Source: an uncultured Clostridia bacterium
Lineage (GTDB): Bacteria; Bacillota; Clostridia; Christensenellales; UBA1242
Length of the DNA: 64,000 bases
NCBI GenBank assembly: GCA_944384395.1
Contig: CALWTD010000007.1
Span: forward strand, 3,919 to 67,918
Direction of reading: 5' to 3'
Both the position numbers and the translations under genes were made by a program. The notes under the pieces were generated by a model. The model was given only the letters and a program-made list of their open reading frames with translations, did not search any database and was not told the DNA's origin. Positions 38,987 to 47,876 of the stretch are shown here, piece after piece; within the stretch, counting starts at the first letter, position 1, and every line of letters begins with the position of its first letter.

Positions 38987-41500
38987 ATGGAAGAAAAGAA
39001 AAAAGAGTTGCACGAACTGTTTGAAAACACGAAAATAAAACAGGTCGAAGCAACAGACGAATTAAAAAAATCATTTATTTCATATGCAATGGCGGTAAAT
39101 GTTTCAAGAGCAATTCCAGATGTTAGAGATGGACTTAAACCTGTTCATAGAAGAATTTTATATTCTATGGGCGAACTTAATAACTTTAACGATAAACCAT
39201 ATAAAAAATGTGCAAGAATTGTCGGTGAAGTAATGGGTAAATATCACCCACATGGCGATAGTTCTGTTTATGATGCCCTTGTAAGACTTGCGCAAGACTT
39301 TTCAATTAGATATCCATTAGTTGACGGACATGGAAACTTTGGTTCAGTAGACGGCGACAGTGCAGCCGCAATGAGATACACAGAAGCAAGGTTAAGCAAA
39401 ATTGCAGCACTTATGCTTGAAGATATAGACAAAGAAACAGTAGACTTTTATCCAAACTTTGATGATACCTTAATGCAACCAAGAGTTCTTCCTTCAAAAT
39501 TCCCTAATTTGCTTGTAAACGGTGCAGACGGTATTGCAGTTGGTATGGCAACAAACATACCACCACACAACCTAACCGAAGTTATAAACGGTGTGCAGGC
39601 ACTTATTGACAATCCAGACATCGAAATAGATGAACTTATGGAATATATAAAAGCCCCAGATTTTCCAACAGGTGGAATAATCATGGGTAAAAACGCAGTT
39701 AAACTCGCCTATAAAACAGGTAGGGGTGGAATTGTTGTTAGAGGCAGAGCCGAAATAGAAGAAACAGCATCGGGAAGATTTAGAATTGTTATAACCGAAC
39801 TTCCTTATGGAGTTAATAAAGCAAGATTTATCATGCAAATGGCAGACATGGTAAAAAATAAAAAACTCGAAGGAATATCTGATATAAAAGAAGAGTCTGA
39901 CCGTGATGGACTTAGAGTTGTTGTAGACATAAAAAAAGATGCAAATGCACAAGTTGTATTAAACATGCTCTACAAAAAAACAATGCTTCAACAAAGCGAA
40001 GGCATAATAATGCTTGCACTTGTTGACGATAAACCAAGAATATTAAACCTAAAAGAAATGCTTTATTATTACTTGGAGCATCAAAAAGATGTTTTAAAGA
40101 GAAAAACACAATTTGACCTTAAAAAAGCCGAAGAAAGAATGCACATTGTTAAAGGTCTTGTAATTGCACTTGCAAATATTGACGAAGTTATAAAAATAAT
40201 TAAAGAAGCAGATGACAAAGAAGATGCAAGAGTAAAACTTACACAAAATTTTGAACTTGACGACATTCAAGCAAATGCAATTCTTGAAATGAAACTCTCA
40301 AAACTAACAAGTTTGGAAGTTGAAAAACTAAACGAAGAATATAAAGAACTTGAAAAACTTATTGAAGAATTAAACAGCATTTTAAATTCCGAACAAAAAG
40401 TGTTAGACATAATAAAAAATAACCTTGAACAAATAAAAGAGCAGTTTGGCGATGAAAGAAAAACAGAAATAAGTCACGACCTTGGCGACATAAACATTGC
40501 CGATCTAATCGAAAAAGAAGATGTTGTTGTTTCAAAAACACATCAAGGTTATATAAAGAGAATGAGCATGAGCGAGTATAAGGCACAAAAACGTGGTGGT
40601 GTTGGAATAAGTGCTCATAAAACAAAGGAAGAAGACTTTGTTGAACATATATTTATTGCATCAACCCACGATGATTTAATGTTCTTTACAAACTTTGGCA
40701 AGGTTTACACATTAAAAACTTATGAAATTCCAGAAGCACAACGACAAGCAAAGGGCAGAGCAATGATAAATTTATTGCCACTAGACTCTGGCGAAAAGGT
40801 AAACACAATCATTCCAACAAGTGGCGACACAACAGGCAATTTGGTTATGGCAACAAAAAATGGTCTAATTAAAAAAACAAGACTAATAGAGTTTGCCAAC
40901 ATAAGAAAAAACGGCAAAATTGCAATATCACTTGCCGAAGGTGATGAACTTATTGATGTTATGCAATCGTCTGGTGATGATGAAATATTGGTTGCTTCAA
41001 GCGATGGAAAGTGCGTAAGATTTAATGAAGATAAAGTAAGAGCAATGGGCAGAACTGCACAAGGAGTTAAATCAATAAATTTAGCCAGTGGCGAGCATGT
41101 TGTAAGCATGACAGTGATCAAAAAAGGCGAAAAAGATGCTCAAATTGTAACAATATCTCAAAAGGGATATGGAAAGAGAAATATTGTTGACGATTTTAGA
41201 TTAACAAGCCGTGGTGCAAAAGGTGTAAAAGCGGGAACATTCAACGAAAAAACGGGAAAACTTGTTGGACTTAAACAAGTGTCGCTTGATGAAGATTTAA
41301 TGATTATTGCCGATAACGGAGTAATAATAAGAACACCTGTAAAAGATATAAGTTTAATTTCAAGAAACACACAAGGTGTAAAAATTATGAAACTTAAAGA
41401 AGGTTCAAATGTTGTTTGCCTTGCAACAAGCGAACACGAAGAAGAAGAAAATCAAATTGAATCAGTTATAGAAGAAAATATAGAGAAAAATAATGACTAA
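38987..41500 (+). CDS. gyrA: DNA gyrase subunit A
   Basis: FISYAMAVNVSRAIPDVRDGLKPVHRRILY..HPHGDSSVYDALVRLAQDF..AAMRYTEARL motifs. Confidence 0.97.
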   Translation: MEEKKKELHELFENTKIKQVEATDELKKSFISYAMAVNVSRAIPDVRDGLKPVHRRILYSMGELNNFNDKPYKKCARIVGEVMGKYHPHGDSSVYDALVRLAQDFSIRYPLVDGHGNFGSVDGDSAAAMRYTEARLSKIAALMLEDIDKETVDFYPNFDDTLMQPRVLPSKFPNLLVNGADGIAVGMATNIPPHNLTEVINGVQALIDNPDIEIDELMEYIKAPDFPTGGIIMGKNAVKLAYKTGRGGIVVRGRAEIEETASGRFRIVITELPYGVNKARFIMQMADMVKNKKLEGISDIKEESDRDGLRVVVDIKKDANAQVVLNMLYKKTMLQQSEGIIMLALVDDKPRILNLKEMLYYYLEHQKDVLKRKTQFDLKKAEERMHIVKGLVIALANIDEVIKIIKEADDKEDARVKLTQNFELDDIQANAILEMKLSKLTSLEVEKLNEEYKELEKLIEELNSILNSEQKVLDIIKNNLEQIKEQFGDERKTEISHDLGDINIADLIEKEDVVVSKTHQGYIKRMSMSEYKAQKRGGVGISAHKTKEEDFVEHIFIASTHDDLMFFTNFGKVYTLKTYEIPEAQRQAKGRAMINLLPLDSGEKVNTIIPTSGDTTGNLVMATKNGLIKKTRLIEFANIRKNGKIAISLAEGDELIDVMQSSGDDEILVASSDGKCVRFNEDKVRAMGRTAQGVKSINLASGEHVVSMTVIKKGEKDAQIVTISQKGYGKRNIVDDFRLTSRGAKGVKAGTFNEKTGKLVGLKQVSLDEDLMIIADNGVIIRTPVKDISLISRNTQGVKIMKLKEGSNVVCLATSEHEEEENQIESVIEENIEKNND

Positions 41501-41552
41501 TAAAATTTGACAATATGAACAAAATATTATTATCATATAAAAAAGGAGATAT

Positions 41553-41811
41553 CATGAAAAAAGTAAATTGGAATCTAGTAATAACAATACTAGCATCAAT
41601 CGGCGCTGTTGCAAGTGTTATATTTATAATTGTTCTTGCAAATAGTATGTTTCTAAACGGAACAACACAAACAAAAATATGGGGGTTGGTTGCACTTTGT
41701 GTTGCTTTTGTAATTTGCTCTGCACTTGTTGGTGTTACAGCAACATTATATAAAGCAAACAAAATACAAACGATGCAAACAAATACAATAAACGATAATG
41801 AAACTAAATAA
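41553..41811 (+). CDS. Small two-TM membrane protein
   Basis: The ATG at 41553 follows AAAGGAG. Two hydrophobic helices. Confidence 0.55.
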
Positions 41812-42046
41812 ATCTATTTATGGTATTTTAATAACAACTTGTATTTTTGTGATGATTTTTGCAATTATTATGATTGTTTTAAGTGGCATAAAAATGGCAA
41901 ACACATTAAGTGTAACAAAATATGTCTTTACAATAATTGCATTTGTTGGCGTGTTCTTGCTTGCTGGAATTGGACTTGGAATAATTGTTGCATGGCAACA
42001 TTCAACAACAAACACAACAAAATATGATAATGATAAAAAACAATAA
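41798..42046 (+). CDS. Small two-TM membrane protein (same architecture as the preceding gene)
   Basis: 82-aa ORF overlapping the previous gene by 14 nt. Two hydrophobic helices. Confidence 0.5.
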   Translation: MKLNKSIYGILITTCIFVMIFAIIMIVLSGIKMANTLSVTKYVFTIIAFVGVFLLAGIGLGIIVAWQHSTTNTTKYDNDKKQ

Positions 42047-42081
42047 AAAATTACAGCACAATTTTGTGCTGTAATTTTTTT
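42047..42081 (+). terminator. Rho-independent terminator
   Basis: 11-bp hairpin ATTACAGCACA/TGTGCTGTAAT followed by a T6 run. Confidence 0.85.
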
Positions 42082-42313
42082 AAAACAAACAAAAATCTCT
42101 GCAAAAAATTAAAAAGTTTTTTATTTTTTATTTGTTTTACATTTTAATAAAATAATATAAAACAATGTAAAAAAACATTTAGTCATTAAAATTTTAATTT
42201 TTTATAAAATATAAAAAGATATCGAAAAAGAGAAAAAAATAACAAAAAAACGAAAAAAAAGTAAAAAAACGCAAAAATTTTAGTAAATTTTTAAAATAAT
42301 TAACTGTTTTGCA

Positions 42314-42342
42314 TTGAAAATATATAATAATATAGGTATAAT
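42314..42342 (+). promoter_or_regulatory. Candidate tilS promoter
   Basis: TTGAAA, a 17-nt spacer, then TATAAT. Confidence 0.55.
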
Positions 42343-42360
42343 ACAAATAAGGATAAAACT

Positions 42361-43692
42361 ATGGAAAATATCAAAAGACTAATTTTAGAAAACAATTTAA
42401 TAAAAATGGGCGATGTTGTTGGTGTTGGCGTAAGCGGTGGAAAAGATAGCATGGCACTTCTTCACTATTTAAACAAACTTTCTCGTGAACTCGATTTTGA
42501 AGTTGTTGCAATAACAATCGACCACGGCATAAGAGAAAATGGTGCACATGACGCTTTGTTTGTTATGGACTATTGCAGACAAAACAAAATAAGAGCATAT
42601 AAGTTTAAAATTGATGCTCCACTTCTTGCCAAAGAAAAATCACTTTCATTAGAAAGTGCAGCAAGAGAGGGCAGGTTTAATGTTTTTAAATCTATGATAG
42701 ACAAAAACATAGTAGACAAAATTGCACTTGCACATCACCAAAGCGACCAAGCAGAAACAGTGCTTATGCATCTTTTTAGGGGTAGTGGCATAACAGGTCT
42801 AAAAGGTATGAGCCTAATTAGAGATAACATTTTTATTAGACCAATGCTAGAAACAAACGAAAAACAAATTTGGCACTATATTTTAGACAACGATATTCAA
42901 ACGGTAGAAGATGAAACAAATCAAGACAACGAATTTTCAAGAAATTTAATAAGAAACGAAATTTTGCCTGTAATTTTAAAAAGATGGCCAAATGCAATAA
43001 ATGCAATAATAAATTTTAGCAATCTTGCAAGTGAAGATGATGAATACATAAATAGTCAAGTTCCAACAGACGCTTTTATTGTTAATGATAAAGAAGTAAA
43101 AATTCCACTTTCATATTTTGTTTATCCAAATCCTATAACAAGTAGAATGATATATAAAGCACTTCACATGATAGGAGTAAACAAAGACATAGAAAGCAAG
43201 CATATTGAGTTAATTAAAGATTTTGTTAAAAACAGTGAAAACGGAAAGCGTATTGAACTTCCACTTAAAGTTAGTGTTTATAAAGAATACGATTACATAA
43301 CACTTACAAACAAACAAAAAAAAGAAGTATATTTTAATGAAAAAAATAAATTAGGCACAATAGTTGTTCCAAATTTTGGAAAAATAATAACAAAAAAGGT
43401 TAGCATGATAACCAATGATGAAGGACTATTCTATGATGCCGATAAGTTGCCAAAAGATGCCGTTTGGAGATTTAGACAAAACGGAGACATTTTTGAAAAA
43501 TTTGGTGGTGGCACAAAAAAATTAAAGAGTTATTTAATTGACCAAAAATATCCAAAAAGATTAAGAGATTATCTCCCTGTGCTTGCAAGCGGCAACGAAG
43601 TTTATGTAATAGGTGGAATGGAAATTTCAAACAAACTTAGAGTTGATGAAAAAACAAAACGAATATATAAATTAAATATTGAAAATGTTTAA
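42361..43692 (+). CDS. tilS: tRNA(Ile)-lysidine synthase
   Basis: VGVSGGKDSMALLH PP-loop, LAHHQSDQAETVLMHLFRGSG, and a C-terminal substrate-binding domain. Confidence 0.9.
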   Translation: MENIKRLILENNLIKMGDVVGVGVSGGKDSMALLHYLNKLSRELDFEVVAITIDHGIRENGAHDALFVMDYCRQNKIRAYKFKIDAPLLAKEKSLSLESAAREGRFNVFKSMIDKNIVDKIALAHHQSDQAETVLMHLFRGSGITGLKGMSLIRDNIFIRPMLETNEKQIWHYILDNDIQTVEDETNQDNEFSRNLIRNEILPVILKRWPNAINAIINFSNLASEDDEYINSQVPTDAFIVNDKEVKIPLSYFVYPNPITSRMIYKALHMIGVNKDIESKHIELIKDFVKNSENGKRIELPLKVSVYKEYDYITLTNKQKKEVYFNEKNKLGTIVVPNFGKIITKKVSMITNDEGLFYDADKLPKDAVWRFRQNGDIFEKFGGGTKKLKSYLIDQKYPKRLRDYLPVLASGNEVYVIGGMEISNKLRVDEKTKRIYKLNIENV

Positions 43693-43750
43693 AATTACAT
43701 TATTAAAATAAGGCGTTGACAAAAAGTCTAAAAATTATCTATACAGAAAC

Positions 43751-43788
43751 AAAAAACACACAAAATTTAAATTTTTGTGTGTTTTTTG
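43751..43788. terminator. Bidirectional terminator (tilS / XRE gene)
   Basis: Hairpin AAAACACACAAAA/TTTTGTGTGTTTT with flanking A-run and T-run. Confidence 0.75.
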
Positions 43789-43820
43789 TTTAATGTATAA
43801 TTAAATACATTTTTTGCAGT

Positions 43821-44027
43821 TCATAAATCGACTCTGCCAAGTAGATAATCTAAACTAACATCAAAAATATTTGCAATGTTTACTAGATTTTGTTGTGTTG
43901 GTTCGCTTGTTCCAAGTTCATACCTAATATATGACGGTTGACTTATATGGAGCATGTTTGCCATGTCCCTTTGGGTATATCCAAAAATTTTTCTTAATTC
44001 AATCAATCTTTTACAAAAAATCTCCAT
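43821..44027 (-). CDS. XRE-family HTH transcriptional regulator (small)
   Basis: MEIFCKRLIELRKIFGYTQRDMANMLHISQPSYIRYELGTSEPTQQNLVNIANIFDVSLDYLLG. Confidence 0.85.
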   Translation of the reverse strand: MEIFCKRLIELRKIFGYTQRDMANMLHISQPSYIRYELGTSEPTQQNLVNIANIFDVSLDYLLGRVDL

Positions 44028-44046
44028 TGTTTCCTTGACTTAATTT

Positions 44047-44089
44047 TAGCAGTTTGCTATATTGATATTGATTTGATAGCAAATTGCTA
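44047..44089. promoter_or_regulatory. Two palindromic operator-like sites (TAGCA-N3-TGCTA) 30 bp apart
   Basis: TAGCAGTTTGCTA at 44047-44059 and GATAGCAAATTGCTATC centred at 44083. The first overlaps a TTGACT(44034)-18-TATATT promoter-like pair. Confidence 0.6.
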
Positions 44090-44301
44090 TCAAACAACGG
44101 CTTACATAAAGCCTAAAACGGCAATAAAAGATGATTAACAAAACGGCAGTTAGTCAAAACCTAATTAAATCTCCCTTTATCTTTAACAAGATTTTTTGTG
44201 GTTGTTCTTTTATTGCCTTAGTTTTGGTATATCTGTCAATTTAAGTTCGCCACTTAATTATTGGCATTTATATATAAAATTATAAATAAGAGGAGATATT
44301 T

Positions 44302-44865
44302 ATGAAAAGAAAAGTAAAATTATTTGCGTCAATCGCATCACTTTGCCTTGCAGTAGCACTTATGGCATTCGGCGTTTACGCAGCAACACAAGTTACTTAC
44401 AACGTAACAGGTAGTGTTTCATTTGAATCACAAGTAGCAGTAACATGGACAGGTAATGTTACAGGTGGTACACTTGGTGAAGCACAAAACGATACATACA
44501 AAGTAACAGCAGATGGCACAGGCAGTCAAGGTGAAGACACTTGGGCTATTGGAGAAATTGCATTTGGCACACAAACAGCACAAAGAACAATAACATACAC
44601 ATTTACATGTACAAACAATGGTACTGATCCTGTAAAAGTTTCAGCAACTGCAAGTTCTATGTATGAATCTGGCACATTGGATGTTACAATTACAGAAGGT
44701 AAAGGAGAGACAGTATCACCTGTTGAAAGTTTAACAGGATCAAATGTTGTAACTTTAAATACTAATGAAGTTTACAAATTAACAATTACTGTTTATTTAA
44801 ATGATATAACAAAAGAATTAGCAGGAACATTAAATTTAGGTCTTGCATTAAAAGCAGGAAAATAA
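44302..44865 (+). CDS. Secreted Thr/Gly/Val-rich beta-type protein (signal peptide; possibly SipW/TasA-like class)
   Basis: MKRKVKLFASIASLCLAVALMAFGVYA|ATQ signal peptide. GC and codon usage visibly differ from neighbours. Strong AGAGGAG RBS. Confidence 0.6.
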   Translation: MKRKVKLFASIASLCLAVALMAFGVYAATQVTYNVTGSVSFESQVAVTWTGNVTGGTLGEAQNDTYKVTADGTGSQGEDTWAIGEIAFGTQTAQRTITYTFTCTNNGTDPVKVSATASSMYESGTLDVTITEGKGETVSPVESLTGSNVVTLNTNEVYKLTITVYLNDITKELAGTLNLGLALKAGK

Positions 44866-44886
44866 TATATTAAAAAATATGGCGAT

Positions 44887-44919
44887 AAAAAAACACTTTG
44901 AATTTCAAAGTGTTTTTTT
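44887..44919. terminator. Bidirectional terminator (secreted protein / glyQS)
   Basis: Hairpin AAACACTTTG/CAAAGTGTTT flanked by A7 and T7 runs. Confidence 0.8.
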
Positions 44920-44944
44920 ATGTTTATTTTACAAATTTCATTTT

Positions 44945-46333
44945 TTAATATTCACATCTTGATTGTATATAATTTTTTATATCTTCAATTTTAACAATGT
45001 CTTGTTTCATTGTATCTCTATCTCTAATTGTAACAGTACCGTTGTTTAGTGTGTCATCATCAACTGTTACGCAGTATGGAGTGCCAATTTCGTCTTGTCT
45101 ACGATATCTTTTTCCAATGCTTCCACTTTCGTCATAATCGCACATAAAATATTTTGCAAGCATAGTGTGTAATTCTTGTGCTTTTTGGCTGTGATTTTTC
45201 TTCATAAGTGGCAAAACACATGCCTTATATGGTGCAATAAATGGAGCAAGTTTTAACACAACCCTTGTTTCTCCATCTTCAAGTTTTTCTTCACGATATG
45301 CATCACATAGAACTGTAAGCATAAGACGGTCAGCACCGATAGAATATTCAACAACATATGGAATATATTTTTCATTTGTTATTGGGTCCAAATACATCAT
45401 GTTTTTGCCAGAAAATTCTTGATGACGAGAAAGGTCATAGTTTGTTCTGTTGTGTATTCCATTAAGTTCACTCCAACCAATAGGGAAATTGTATTGAATA
45501 TCACAAGCATTTTTTGCGTAGTGTGCAAGTTTGTCATGGTCTTTAAATCTTAGTTTTGTTTGGTCAATTCCAAGACTTACCAAAAAGTCCCATGCTTTTT
45601 GCTTATATAAATTATAAAATTTTTCATCATCACATTCTTTGCAAAATAGTTGATGTTCCATTTGTTCAAATTCTATTGTTCTAAAAATAAAGTTTCCGGG
45701 TGTAATTTCATTTCTAAAAGCTTTGCCTATTTGTGCAATTCCAAAAGGAACTTTTGCACGCATACTTCTTTGAACATTCAAAAAGTTTACAAATTCACCT
45801 TGTGCTGTTTCTGGTCTTAAATAAATTTTGTCGGTGTTGTCTTCGGTTACTCCACGGCTTGTTTCAAACATAAGTTTAAATTGTCTTATTGGTGTAAAGT
45901 TATGTTTTCCACAAACAGGGCAGGCAATTTTGTGCTGGGCAATAAATTTTTCCATTTCTTCGTTGGTCATTTTATCAACTATTACGCCTTCAATTTTGTG
46001 TTTAATGCAATAGTTTTCAATTAAGTTGTCGGCACGATGACGAGTTTTACATTCCTTGCAGTCCATTTTAGGATCGCTAAAAGATGTTGTGTGTCCACTT
46101 GCGTCCCAAACTTTTGGGTTCATTAAAATTGCTGCGTCAACACCAAAAGAATTGTCATTTTCTTGAACAAATTTTTTCCACCAAGCACGTTTAATATTGT
46201 TTTTTATTTCAACACCAACAGGACCATAGTCCCAAGTGTTTCCCATTCCACCATAAATTTCACTGCCTTGAAAAATTATTCCACGATTTTTACACAAACT
46301 TACAATTTTGTCCATTGTTACATTGTTGTCCAT
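44945..46333 (-). CDS. glyQS: Glycine--tRNA ligase (homodimeric GlyQS type)
   Basis: IVSLCKNRGIIFQGSEIYGGMGNTWDYGPVGVEIKNNIK..RPETAQG..FRNEITP motifs. 462 aa. Confidence 0.93.
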   Translation of the reverse strand: MDNNVTMDKIVSLCKNRGIIFQGSEIYGGMGNTWDYGPVGVEIKNNIKRAWWKKFVQENDNSFGVDAAILMNPKVWDASGHTTSFSDPKMDCKECKTRHRADNLIENYCIKHKIEGVIVDKMTNEEMEKFIAQHKIACPVCGKHNFTPIRQFKLMFETSRGVTEDNTDKIYLRPETAQGEFVNFLNVQRSMRAKVPFGIAQIGKAFRNEITPGNFIFRTIEFEQMEHQLFCKECDDEKFYNLYKQKAWDFLVSLGIDQTKLRFKDHDKLAHYAKNACDIQYNFPIGWSELNGIHNRTNYDLSRHQEFSGKNMMYLDPITNEKYIPYVVEYSIGADRLMLTVLCDAYREEKLEDGETRVVLKLAPFIAPYKACVLPLMKKNHSQKAQELHTMLAKYFMCDYDESGSIGKRYRRQDEIGTPYCVTVDDDTLNNGTVTIRDRDTMKQDIVKIEDIKNYIQSRCEY

Positions 46334-46553
46334 ATCTTTCTCCTAAATATTTTTTGATATTTGTATCACAATATATATATAATTTTTTTGTTTAGCAACT
46401 ATCTTTTTTTCTAACATAATGTATAACTTTTTTTGTTTTTTGTCAATTATGTTTAAATACTTTAATAAATATTATTAAGTAATGATAATTATAATCAAAA
46501 ATTATTAGGAAAAAACGAAACATTTTGCTATATTAAAATTAAAGGAGAGAGTT

Positions 46554-47033
46554 ATGGATAGAAAAAAACTTCAACTTAGTTTAGGTTTTGGTGTTTTCTT
46601 TGTTGCTTATTTAATTGTTTTATTTTTGGTAACAAACAGATTTTATACTTCATTTTGGGTTTCACTAATTTTTGTTGTGCTTGCATTTTTGTTTATGACT
46701 ATTGCGTTCTTTTTTGTATCAAATGAAAAACGCAAAAAGCAAGTTGTTGGCTTGCCTGTTACCACTATGACAGTTATGTATTTTGTTATAGAATTTATTA
46801 TGGGCACAATTTTCATGTTCTTTAATATTGAATTTGTTTGGGTTTTTGTTCCACAATTTATTGTTTTTGTTCTATTTTTGTTATGCTTTATGCCAGCAAT
46901 GATAAGTGAAAACAACTATAAAAGAGAAAATGTAAACAAAACAGAAACAAAAGACAATACTTTAAATAAGCAAAATGATAAAGAAGTTAAAGACGGCACT
47001 TTAAATAAGCAAGAAGATAAAGAAGAAAAGTAA
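46554..47033 (+). CDS. Membrane protein (4 TM segments) with a short duplicated C-terminal motif
   Basis: GGAGAGAG RBS upstream and four hydrophobic helices. The tail repeats D(N/G)TLNKQ(N/E)DKE twice. Confidence 0.55.
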   Translation: MDRKKLQLSLGFGVFFVAYLIVLFLVTNRFYTSFWVSLIFVVLAFLFMTIAFFFVSNEKRKKQVVGLPVTTMTVMYFVIEFIMGTIFMFFNIEFVWVFVPQFIVFVLFLLCFMPAMISENNYKRENVNKTETKDNTLNKQNDKEVKDGTLNKQEDKEEK

Positions 47034-47182
47034 TAAAAATAAGTGTAAATATGCAAGGCTTTCTTTTAGGAGAGTTTTGCATATTTTTTAATCTAGTATT
47101 GAAATGCTAAATATTTTGTGATACACTAAAAATGAAAATAAATAGTATTCACAAAATAAAACCAAAATATAGGGAGAGTTTT

Positions 47183-47860
47183 ATGAGTTGTAAATATTAT
47201 AAAAAAACATGCGCAAGGTGCAAAAAAAGTGATGACTATCTTGTTTTTGACAAACAAGATTTAAGTGCTGTTTCACTTGAAAGTTATAAAAATTATATAA
47301 ACTTTGATTTAGATGTTTGTCCTTATTGTGGTTATATTTCAACTGACATTGAGCAGGGATATACTAATGAATCAGAAAGCGTTATAAATAGTGAAAAATA
47401 TAATGATATTTTAACTTATTCGTATTTAGATGGTGTTGTTGATGAATTGAATGATAATTTTTTAAATAGTTATCCGGCAAATTTATACGAATGTTATGCT
47501 TTTTTAAGAGAACAAGACAAAGACTATAAAAATGCAGTAAAAGGATATTTTAGGGCAGTACTTTTAAAAGAGACTTTAATTAGAAGATACACGCAACAAA
47601 AAAACGAAGATTATGAAGATTTAACGGAAATCGAAATAAAAGCATATGACAAAATAAATAATCTTTTATTGAATAGTATAAAACAAAACGCAATAAAGAT
47701 AGTAGACATATATAAACTATGTAAAAAAAATTTATATTTAGATTTAATAAACATCGAATGTTTAAAAAGACTAGATTTATTCGATGAAGCCAATTATTTA
47801 TTAAATGCAATAAAAATCAACTTACCAAATGACTTATTAGAGTATATTGATAATTTGTAA
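47183..47860 (+). CDS. Zinc-ribbon plus helical-repeat protein (DUF2225-like?)
   Basis: The ATG at 47183 follows AGGGAGAG. CARCKK...CPYCGY ribbon followed by a helical region. Family call is tentative. Confidence 0.45.
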   Translation: MSCKYYKKTCARCKKSDDYLVFDKQDLSAVSLESYKNYINFDLDVCPYCGYISTDIEQGYTNESESVINSEKYNDILTYSYLDGVVDELNDNFLNSYPANLYECYAFLREQDKDYKNAVKGYFRAVLLKETLIRRYTQQKNEDYEDLTEIEIKAYDKINNLLLNSIKQNAIKIVDIYKLCKKNLYLDLINIECLKRLDLFDEANYLLNAIKINLPNDLLEYIDNL

Positions 47861-47876
47861 CAACAAAGGAGAAATA

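Noticed and set aside
42047-42360. Very AT-rich 314-bp spacer after gyrA and the small membrane genes, considered as oriC/DUE
   Set aside because: No TTATCCACA-type DnaA boxes on either strand and no dnaA/dnaN nearby. It is explained by a terminator, A-tract low complexity and a TTGAAA-17-TATAAT promoter for tilS.
46920-47033. Tandem ~33-nt repeat at the 3' end of 46554..47033
   Set aside because: It is only two copies encoding a duplicated D(N/G)TLNKQxDKE tail in a low-complexity region. It is noted in the feature evidence but not considered significant.
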